The translations under genes were made by a program, and so were the position numbers. The notes under the pieces were generated by a model. It was not told where the DNA came from. It worked only from the letters and a program-made list of their open reading frames with translations, and ran no database searches. A stretch of DNA of 59,957 nt from a virus, in the IMG/VR virus record IMGVR_UViG_3300047160_003019, positions 1-59,957 of that record; one strand, 5' to 3'. This document shows, in pieces, positions 53,081 through 59,904 of this stretch. Each line of letters opens with the position of its first letter. The stretch's first letter is position 1.

Positions 53081-53755
53081 CTACTCCTTTTCCACTGCTT
53101 CTTGGTTGGTGAGCGATCTTTCGCTCACCAAATAACCACCGATGGGTGGGTTTTGGGTTACAAAGCTCAGTTCCTCATATCCATCCTTTCTGTCCGTTTT
53201 CATGATCCTGCCTTGACGTAATATGCCGTTGTGCAGGTGGAGGATTGGAGCGTTGTGACGGTTCCCAGCTGGTAGTATACGGATGTCATTGCATCCGTCT
53301 GCTACCAACTCGCCAACGATTTGGTTTATTTTGCTGTTCTGGTCATCCAGGCTACCAGATTTGATGGCATCAAAGATGTTGACGGTGGCTGAGTACCGAC
53401 TAACGATGGGGCCAGGGTCATACCCAAGCTGGGCCTTATCATACTCAAAGGGTGCGTAAATGGTGACCAGAACTCCAGATCGGTCCGGCCGAAACTCGTC
53501 AGAGCCCATCCCCGCCAACCACCCACAATAGTAATGTGAACATGCCCGCGGGCGATGCGAGTAGATGGTGCATCGGACAGTCGGCCCCGATGCACCATCT
53601 AGGTGGCGGCAGGACTGACCGGGCCACTTCTTCAGTTCCTCAATCCCGAGATGCACACAGCACGCATAGCATTCCCCGCAACTGCGGCCGGTGATCTCCA
53701 GGATTTTGTTGATGGCCGCAACGTTCTCATCTGTATTCGGAACTACATCATCCAT
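53081..53755 (-). CDS. CxxCxxCC (YkgJ-type) putative metal-binding protein (224 aa)
   Basis: CGECYACC...C...C...CSHYYC. Start set at MDDVVPN; the upstream extension of the ORF is GC-rich hairpin sequence. Confidence 0.7.
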   Translation of the reverse strand: MDDVVPNTDENVAAINKILEITGRSCGECYACCVHLGIEELKKWPGQSCRHLDGASGPTVRCTIYSHRPRACSHYYCGWLAGMGSDEFRPDRSGVLVTIYAPFEYDKAQLGYDPGPIVSRYSATVNIFDAIKSGSLDDQNSKINQIVGELVADGCNDIRILPAGNRHNAPILHLHNGILRQGRIMKTDRKDGYEELSFVTQNPPIGGYLVSERSLTNQEAVEKE

Positions 53756-53784
53756 AATTATATACTCCACTATTACATAACGAA

Positions 53785-54017
53785 TGACAGGTGCCGCTGC
53801 GCGAACAACGCATCGGGGCGTGTTCGCGCAGCGGGGCGGCCGCGGACTCCTGGATGCCTTGGAGTATCGGAGTCCCGCCGCCGGTCGTGGTTCTTTCAAG
53901 GTAGCACGCTAGCGTGCTACCTTGGGGACACTCGACGACTTGTCCCAGGCGAATGGTCACACGCTAAGACCGGGTCGCCCACCCTAATTTGAGTTGCGCT
54001 TTCAGTGCAACTCAAAT
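53785..54017 (-). other. highly structured GC-rich non-coding spacer with a 14-bp stem (53794-53834), a 28-bp palindrome (53897-53924) and an 11-bp stem (53987-54017)
   Basis: Exact inverted repeats. No plausible ORF. Confidence 0.6.
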
Positions 54018-54457
54018 CCGCCGCATGTACGCAAGAAGTCTGCGAACTCCTGTATGGTTGAAACGTTGAATGTATACATAGTCTCGAATGGACGGACCTT
54101 CCCAGCACCGTCACACTTGTTGCATTTCATGTTTTTGTGACCTGTGTTCCAGTCATTGCGAGTGCCACTAGCCCTACAGAGATCACACGGTTCATCTGGA
54201 AGCGCACTGATACGCGCTTCTCGATCTTTAGCATACTGCTTAGTACGGTCCATGTTGAGTTCGGTTTGAAGCACAGAGGCCAACTCTTTGGCCTCTGTGC
54301 TTGTCATACTGCCATTATTGAAACCCCAATAGCCCTGATGGTCGGAGTTCTCACAGACCTGCGGGGCGACCTCGAAGCAGTAGATTGCGATGGGCCGCCA
54401 ACTCCACCAGGATCTGCTGAAGATGGTTCCGTTCTGTCCGATTACATCCACTCCCAT
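54002..54457 (-). CDS. protein with DnaJ-type CxxCxGxG zinc-finger motifs (151 aa)
   Basis: CDLCRASGT and CNKCDGAGKV. ATG after the GGCGACCGAAGGGAGACTCGA cassette. Confidence 0.65.
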   Translation of the reverse strand: MGVDVIGQNGTIFSRSWWSWRPIAIYCFEVAPQVCENSDHQGYWGFNNGSMTSTEAKELASVLQTELNMDRTKQYAKDREARISALPDEPCDLCRASGTRNDWNTGHKNMKCNKCDGAGKVRPFETMYTFNVSTIQEFADFLRTCGGFELH

Positions 54458-54549
54458 TCGAGTCTCCCTTCGGTCGCCTCGACCCACCATTAGGTCACAG
54501 CGTGATGCAGTACACACGGTACTGCATACCGCTTAAACCTAAATAGATG

Positions 54550-54834
54550 TTATTTCGTCTCGACCCACTCTCCATCAACGTTTATTAACTTGTCGCGGAT
54601 AGAGTCTTCTATGAAGTTCTCCCATGCACGGATGTCTGAGGCAGAGGCACCGTTATCTAAGAGTTCCTTGGTCATCTGGTCGATTGCAAACTGCTTCTCG
54701 GTTTGCGATCCCCAAATACCTTGGTATATAGCGGTCTCTGAGAAATCCCAGGCTTTGGTGCCGGGTCCGATTGGGTCACTCATACGTACGAAGATGTTGA
54801 AAGGATCATTAGAATCATCAGGGATGTAACTCAT
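54550..54834 (-). CDS. hypothetical protein (94 aa)
   Basis: AAGGAG SD. Confidence 0.7.
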   Translation of the reverse strand: MSYIPDDSNDPFNIFVRMSDPIGPGTKAWDFSETAIYQGIWGSQTEKQFAIDQMTKELLDNGASASDIRAWENFIEDSIRDKLINVDGEWVETK

Positions 54835-55017
54835 TGGGATGTACTCCTTACTGATTTATCTTAATGCAGTGATAGTCTAAATGTACTTCGTTTTTGACTT
54901 GCTTACCTACGTTTTCGCATTGCTCTCGCGTGTCCCAGTGAATGGGCCACACACTCGGGCTCGTGCCTGATGCTCCCATTCCGACTGTATAACCTAAGAT
55001 AATCAAGAACCATGAGT

Positions 55018-55266
55018 TCACTGGGGTGCCCTCCTCTCAAGCTGGAACTTCACGATCTTGGTAACGTCGCTTTTGGTGATCGGCATTTCGTAGACCAGAC
55101 GAAGGAGTTGGCACACTGGATCAGCTGTGTCTGGGTGTACGTTGGCTGCAAAAAAGTTCATGATAATGATCCAGTCTTTGACGGTCACGGGTTCGCGCCC
55201 TTCAAGCATCCGCTCGCGAGCAGCTTTCAGCATCTCATTGGGGGAAACAAGCTTAGACTTACTCAT
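55018..55266 (-). CDS. hypothetical protein (82 aa)
   Basis: GGAGGA SD directly after a 16-bp hairpin. Confidence 0.7.
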   Translation of the reverse strand: MSKSKLVSPNEMLKAARERMLEGREPVTVKDWIIIMNFFAANVHPDTADPVCQLLRLVYEMPITKSDVTKIVKFQLERRAPQ

Positions 55267-56168
55267 TGTGCATCCTCCATTTCAGAGATTTCCGAAACGG
55301 AAATCTCTGAAATCGGCTGGTAAGCGTTGAGGTAATCGAGTGCCTTCTGCGCCCGGTTAGCAGCAGTGAAGATGGCTTTTTTGTCTTGTTTCAGTACCTT
55401 AAGCCATGAATTAAGGTACTGTGCATGGTCGATCCGCGGTTCGTTGTCGATACCGAGTTGGGCGCAGAGGAAGGCCGCGCCCAATTCGGCGACCAACTCT
55501 TCAAACGCATACGCACTATCACCGAAGCGAGTGGTTTGCAGCTCACGATTGAGGCGCGTCTGGTGTCCGGTCCAATGGATGTGTTCGTGTCCTAGAGTGG
55601 CATAGTATGAGTAGGCGTCTTTGAAGGTGGAGAACTCAGGGATGGCGATGAAATCGTGTGTGGGGGAGTAGTAGGCGCGTTGGCCACCGCTTCGGACCTG
55701 AGCATCCGTGACATTGTTGAAATACTCTTCCGCCACTGTGACACGGTCTCCCACACCAATAGCCTCCGGCTTCGGAGGCTCTTGATAGCCGTCCACCTGC
55801 TGGGAGTTGAACACGAAGAAAGCCCGGATCATCAGGCGCTCCTCGTCCTTGTTCTCCATTATGTTGTAATGGTTCATTTTCTTGTAGAATACCACCAGCT
55901 CGGCCTTCTCGCCGCGGCGGACCTGGCACCCGTGACGAGACCATTGTTTGTATGTGGCCCATACCGGGCTCAGATAGTTTTTGTCCATGGCCGCGGCCCA
56001 CAGGGTGATGATGTTGACTCCGCGGTAGGGGCGACCGTCAGCGGATCGAGGCAGTCCATCACCGATGCTGGGCCTGTACCAGGGGCACGCCCAAGTACCA
56101 AGCTCGTCTTTGTTCATCTCCAATTGAGTGATGATTTTGTTGGTAACAGATTGGTATAGATCAGGCAT
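55263..56168 (-). CDS. ArdC-like protein: N-terminal ssDNA-binding domain plus a C-terminal HExxH zincin (301 aa)
   Basis: GRPYRGVNIITLW (ArdC-N pattern), GHEHIHWTGHQTRLNRE and YAFEELVAELGAAFL. Confidence 0.8.
   Translation of the reverse strand: MPDLYQSVTNKIITQLEMNKDELGTWACPWYRPSIGDGLPRSADGRPYRGVNIITLWAAAMDKNYLSPVWATYKQWSRHGCQVRRGEKAELVVFYKKMNHYNIMENKDEERLMIRAFFVFNSQQVDGYQEPPKPEAIGVGDRVTVAEEYFNNVTDAQVRSGGQRAYYSPTHDFIAIPEFSTFKDAYSYYATLGHEHIHWTGHQTRLNRELQTTRFGDSAYAFEELVAELGAAFLCAQLGIDNEPRIDHAQYLNSWLKVLKQDKKAIFTAANRAQKALDYLNAYQPISEISVSEISEMEDAQ
55279..55313 (-). other. perfect 16-bp stem / 3-nt loop hairpin inside the last codons of the ArdC-like gene
   Basis: ATTTCAGAGATTTCCG-AAA-CGGAAATCTCTGAAAT encodes ISEISVSEISE. 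Confidence 0.7.
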
Positions 56169-56250
56169 CCGATTTACTCCAGAGTGTTGCAACCAGGGAA
56201 GGCGGTTGCCAGATGAGGCATACAATTGTATGCCTCATCAAGCAAACGTC

Positions 56251-56646
56251 TTACTTGCGTTTTAGCCCCAATTGGGCGGCGCTAGTTAACGGTCCTTTAT
56301 TGACAGGTGCCGCTGCGCGAACTGGCGGTTCATTGGCGGTGCGCAGCAGCCCCTGCCCGGATGTGTAAGGGCGTGCATGTTTGGTATAGTATTCACCAGC
56401 AGGCCGCGCGTTCTTGATTGGTAGTTTGTAATACGGTGCGTCTGCTGGCCGTGCCCTGTTGATGGCGGTCTCGAATGCCATCAACAGTCCGCCCATACCG
56501 ATACCGCCGTGGATGAGTGGGGATGGGTCCGCAGTGAATATGAACTGTCCGTTGCGGTCAAGGATTGCGAGGTCACCGGACTCGAGGGGGACCACAATAC
56601 AGGAACAGGTGGAAAGAGCGGCTAGAGCTTCTTCTTTCGGGGTCAT
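56251..56646 (-). CDS. small early protein (131 aa) ending in LTSAAQLGLKRK
   Basis: Start set at MTPKEE. Carries the shared C-terminal motif. Confidence 0.7.
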   Translation of the reverse strand: MTPKEEALAALSTCSCIVVPLESGDLAILDRNGQFIFTADPSPLIHGGIGMGGLLMAFETAINRARPADAPYYKLPIKNARPAGEYYTKHARPYTSGQGLLRTANEPPVRAAAPVNKGPLTSAAQLGLKRK

Positions 56647-56810
56647 GGGGCTTCGCCCTCCTAGTGGAGATGTGGATACTGATAGTAGTTGCGGTAGAAG
56701 CGAGGGCGAAGGCCCCACCAATAGATAAGATGGTAGCCGACTCGGAGACCACGGTAATCGGTACGGAGACCGACACGGTAGCGTGATATGCCAATGTGTT
56801 TCATGATCCG

Positions 56811-57497
56811 TTACCTCAATTCGTATGCGGTTCGCTCGTTGATGAAATCTTCTGATGCGTTAATGAAGGTTGGCTCGATCCAAACCTGACGCACCTGAGC
56901 ACGTCCAGTTCCGACGCGGGCATTACGGATGTGCCCGCGACGAAGATGCGGACGGGGAGAGGCGTGATGTCCACCACCTGGCTCAAGAGATGAGGCAGGT
57001 GGGGTTCTGAGGATAACAGTTCGATAGATGCCACGTTTCGCGGCCTTTCCGATACCGAGACGTGCGGCCTTATGGAGTTTCTCTTCTCGGATGACGTTGC
57101 GGGTGGCGAGGGCTACGATCAGGAACTGATATGCGTTGGCCGCACATATTGATCCCATATCAGAATTATTTTTGTTAAGGGTATGTGTTACATCTTTCCA
57201 TCCGTCGCGGTTCTCGGTCTCTATAAAGTAACCCTCGAACTTGTAATTGGTGAACTTTATTTTGGTTAACCAGCGGGATAATCTGTAGTTGGCCTCATCT
57301 TGCAGACGAGATCCCCATCCCTCAAGCACAACATTGAGAAATATGTTTGTGGGGCCAACGATGTCAAAGTCTGGGTATGGTGGCCTAGCAATACCGAGCG
57401 TTACCATGTCATCCCAAGTTGCTTTGACCTCTTCAACAGAGAAGGCCTTGATAAAGGCCTCAGAGATGATGAACTCGGTGCGATCGAACCTGCTCAT
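56811..57497 (-). CDS. hypothetical protein (228 aa)
   Basis: ATGA overlap with the upstream gene and an AAGGTGG SD. Confidence 0.75.
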   Translation of the reverse strand: MSRFDRTEFIISEAFIKAFSVEEVKATWDDMVTLGIARPPYPDFDIVGPTNIFLNVVLEGWGSRLQDEANYRLSRWLTKIKFTNYKFEGYFIETENRDGWKDVTHTLNKNNSDMGSICAANAYQFLIVALATRNVIREEKLHKAARLGIGKAAKRGIYRTVILRTPPASSLEPGGGHHASPRPHLRRGHIRNARVGTGRAQVRQVWIEPTFINASEDFINERTAYELR

Positions 57498-58006
57498 GGG
57501 GCCACCTTTTTGATCCCGAGTTGGGAGGCGGATTGGATACGGCCCTTAATGAGATTGCCCCTGGTGTCAAACTTGCGAGATTTCGGAGGCCCCGCGTCTG
57601 CACGGGCTTCCGAAATGCAGAAGGGGCAATTGGATTGGAGTTTGGTTTTGGCTGAGCGTCCACTGTGGTTTTCCCAGTGACGAATTTGGGCCTCGGTTGG
57701 GTGCCCATCTTCACCCAAACACATGACCTCATCATGAAGGATGAGTTCCCGCCGGAACTCAAGGATGCGGCGTAGGGACTCAAGGTCATTGATTTGGACA
57801 ACATGACGGAGAGGTGAACCCTTCTCATGGAGTTCAGCCTGAATGTGACCTGTGGATGGGTTGAGGGTCACAAAGATATAGAGCTGTGGTGGGTGCTTCG
57901 ACTTCGGACTGAGATGGTCCGAAGTCGTAACGCGCAGCGGCTCCTGATTGGGTTTGGTCTTTTTGTGCCGAGCGACTGATAAGGAGCGAGAGGAGCGAGA
58001 GGGCAT
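57494..58006 (-). CDS. early protein (170 aa) ending in IQSASQLGIKKVAP
   Basis: CCTTGGAGTAACCCAATG start cassette. Carries the shared C-terminal motif. Confidence 0.75.
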   Translation of the reverse strand: MPSRSSRSLSVARHKKTKPNQEPLRVTTSDHLSPKSKHPPQLYIFVTLNPSTGHIQAELHEKGSPLRHVVQINDLESLRRILEFRRELILHDEVMCLGEDGHPTEAQIRHWENHSGRSAKTKLQSNCPFCISEARADAGPPKSRKFDTRGNLIKGRIQSASQLGIKKVAP

Positions 58007-58044
58007 TGGGTTACTCCAAGGGCTTGGTAAATGGATGGGTGGGG

Positions 58045-58308
58045 CTAAGCCCCACCCCCCATTTGGGTGAGATATTGCTTGAACTGCGCGTGAGTATATC
58101 TCGCGCAGTTGAGAAGGTCGAGAGCGGTACGCAGGGAACAGAGGCGGTTGGCCCGGATTGTTTTGACTGCCGCGACCGAACCGTGCTCAACGTATGCACG
58201 GATCTCGTCGCGGGTGAGTGGGCAATCAGCACCAACCCGCTTACCGCGACGGATGTTGTTCTTGACCATTACTAGACGATCTTGGAAGGTTTCGCCTACC
58301 TGGGTCAT
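58045..58308 (-). CDS. hypothetical protein (87 aa)
   Basis: ATGA overlap with the upstream stop if the start is MTQVGE. The ORF-track GTG start at 58338 is less likely. Confidence 0.6.
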   Translation of the reverse strand: MTQVGETFQDRLVMVKNNIRRGKRVGADCPLTRDEIRAYVEHGSVAAVKTIRANRLCSLRTALDLLNCARYTHAQFKQYLTQMGGGA

Positions 58309-58550
58309 GGTACAACGGTCCACATGAATGACTGCCACCGACCCACGGTTGGTGCGCCGGGGAGATCGGACCGAAGGCGGACAGTGTATCCGCCCGCAGG
58401 GGCATCGCCCGTGTGGTGTTGGCGGAGGGACTCGGAGATAGCTGAGGCCGACTCGGTGTCAATGGGATGACAGGCGTCATAACGAAGCATGTCGGTGGGG
58501 AAGGGAAAGCGTGATTTGACGGTGAAGGTTTTGGATTTGGTACGAGGCAT
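58305..58550 (-). CDS. hypothetical protein (81 aa)
   Basis: Start at MPRTKS after CCTTGGAGTATCCAATG. Confidence 0.6.
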   Translation of the reverse strand: MPRTKSKTFTVKSRFPFPTDMLRYDACHPIDTESASAISESLRQHHTGDAPAGGYTVRLRSDLPGAPTVGRWQSFMWTVVP

Positions 58551-58603
58551 TGGATACTCCAAGGCGGGTTACTAACGGCAGGGCGGGAGTGCCCCACGCG
58601 CGT

Positions 58604-58632
58604 ATTTTACGCTTGGCCAGGGCGCATGTCCA
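58604..58632 (-). promoter_or_regulatory. sigma70-type promoter candidate TGGACA-17-TAAAAT
   Basis: 5/6 -35 and 5/6 -10 with a 17-nt spacer. Preceded by a small hairpin, TGCGACA-ATT-TGTCGCA. Confidence 0.55.
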
Positions 58633-58662
58633 TGCGACAAATTGTCGCACCTGTTTAGTTGG

Positions 58663-59250
58663 TTAACACTCCTCCTCCTCGTCATCGTCGAGTTCCCCGA
58701 TTACACCGCGCCGCGGTGTTTTGTGAGTTTCTAAGGCTTGCTTCAATGACGCTTCCTCTTCTGCAAGGTAGTCAGCGTAGGTGTCGTCTTGAATAGTACC
58801 TTCTGTGATGGCTTCTTTGTACGCTTCATTGAACTCATTTTGTATTTCTTCACGGCTCATGCGAGGCTCTGGTGTTGCGACGCCGCGGGTTGTTATTGAA
58901 ATCTCAACGGTTGGGTTCATAAGCTCGGCTGTTGTACTAAGAGGTAGACGCACATGCTGACGTGGCACAGCACCACGAGACTCACGCAGTTTAGCCATGC
59001 GCTCCTTTGCGCTTCGGTTGGCAGACTCATTAGATTTGAACCGGTAAAATTCTGTCTCAATTGCTGCGCTATATATGGAGTCTATATCAGCAATTTGATG
59101 ACCGATTATAGCTGCGCAGTATGCCAAGTCTTGTTGATCGCGCGGTTTACGTGCTTCGTCTGACAGTGCTTTCTGAATTGATAGGGTTATGTTGCGGTAT
59201 GCGAATGATGCGTTGATTAAGGTGATGATGCGTTCTCTACGGACAGCCAT
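58663..59250 (-). CDS. first gene of the leftward early arm; protein with a strongly acidic C-terminus (195 aa)
   Basis: The ATG at 59250 follows AGGAG. The ORF is open to 59316. The C-terminus is GELDDDEEEEC. Confidence 0.7.
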   Translation of the reverse strand: MAVRRERIITLINASFAYRNITLSIQKALSDEARKPRDQQDLAYCAAIIGHQIADIDSIYSAAIETEFYRFKSNESANRSAKERMAKLRESRGAVPRQHVRLPLSTTAELMNPTVEISITTRGVATPEPRMSREEIQNEFNEAYKEAITEGTIQDDTYADYLAEEEASLKQALETHKTPRRGVIGELDDDEEEEC

Positions 59251-59310
59251 ATCAACTCCTGGGGTTGGCGCGGTTAGTGGGGGCAACCGCTGGTTTGCTA
59301 GTGGGCCGAA

Positions 59311-59341
59311 GGCCATGTTTCATTGAATGAATGATGGCCAT
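59311..59341. promoter_or_regulatory. full palindromic version of the conserved motif: GGCCAT-GT-TTCATT-G-AATGAA-TG-ATGGCCAT
   Basis: Both half-sites carry the GGCCAT flank. Lies about 60-90 nt upstream of the first early start codon. Confidence 0.65.
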
Positions 59342-59399
59342 GGTTGCAAACGTTCGCAAACGTTTGGTGGGTACGTTATCAAATGTAAGGGTGGAATGC

Positions 59400-59599
59400 A
59401 AGGGGTTTACGTTCATACATCAAAGGACGAACGTTCGGGTCAGGGTGTTCAGTAGGTGGGTGGGGTACTGTGCTCCCCCTCCCCCTCCCTTCCCTTCTCT
59501 TAGTAGTATAAAAAAAAAAATAGAAAGAAACTAAGAGAATAACGCAGTAATAGCGGGAATTACTGGAGGGGGTGTGAGATGTATGAACGTAAACCCCTT
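59400..59599. repeat. 22-bp perfect inverted repeat (AAGGGGTTTACGTTCATACATC at 59400-59421 and its reverse complement at 59578-59599) bracketing 156 bp
   Basis: Exact reverse complements. The interior holds a polypyrimidine tract, an A11 run and the CGAACGTTCG palindrome. Confidence 0.85.
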
Positions 59600-59643
59600 A
59601 TATTCCATTGGTACATTAGATAATGTTTACCCTAACATTAGAT

Positions 59644-59904
59644 CAGACTGCACACCAATCAATTACTGCACCTTTCGTTCACGATTTGTTCCAATCTCAG
59701 GCACAAAAAAAGCCCGGGGAGCCAACTGCGGCTCCCCGGCTTCATTCATACTAAGTGAGTTGAGTTGAGTTGGTAAGTAAAATCAGACTGCACACCGCTT
59801 CGCGCCAAATACTATGAAGGCAGACTGCACACCAAATAAAAAACAGACTGCACACCAATCTTTTGGAGTAAACCAAAGGTTTACTCCAAAATCAGACTGC
59901 ACAC
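59644..59904 (+). repeat. array of five perfect 13-bp direct repeats CAGACTGCACACC (59644, 59783, 59820, 59843, 59892)
   Basis: Exact copies, all in the same orientation, in a gene-free region. Confidence 0.9.
59705..59739 (-). terminator. rho-independent terminator for the short leftward operon (1454 to 48)
   Basis: 10-bp GC-rich stem CCGGGGAGCC/GGCTCCCCGG with a 6-nt loop, followed on the - strand by T7. Confidence 0.6.

Noticed and set aside
54835-55013. 36-codon - strand ORF (MVLDYLRLYSRNGSIRHEPECVAHSLGHARAMRKRR) in the gap between 54834 and 55018
   Set aside because: It has no SD and an unremarkable composition. It could be real, but I cannot support it from sequence alone.
59331-59768. 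+ strand ORFs 59331-59534 and 59574-59768 in the junction region
   Set aside because: Neither has a convincing SD in frame. The first runs through a polypyrimidine tract and an A11 run. The second runs through a repeat unit and the terminator hairpin. They are probably non-coding.
59644-59904. The 13-bp direct-repeat array as a CRISPR array
   Set aside because: The repeats are only 13 bp. Spacings are irregular, with 10-126 bp between copies. There are no cas genes, and one interval contains a terminator and another a palindrome. Not CRISPR-like.
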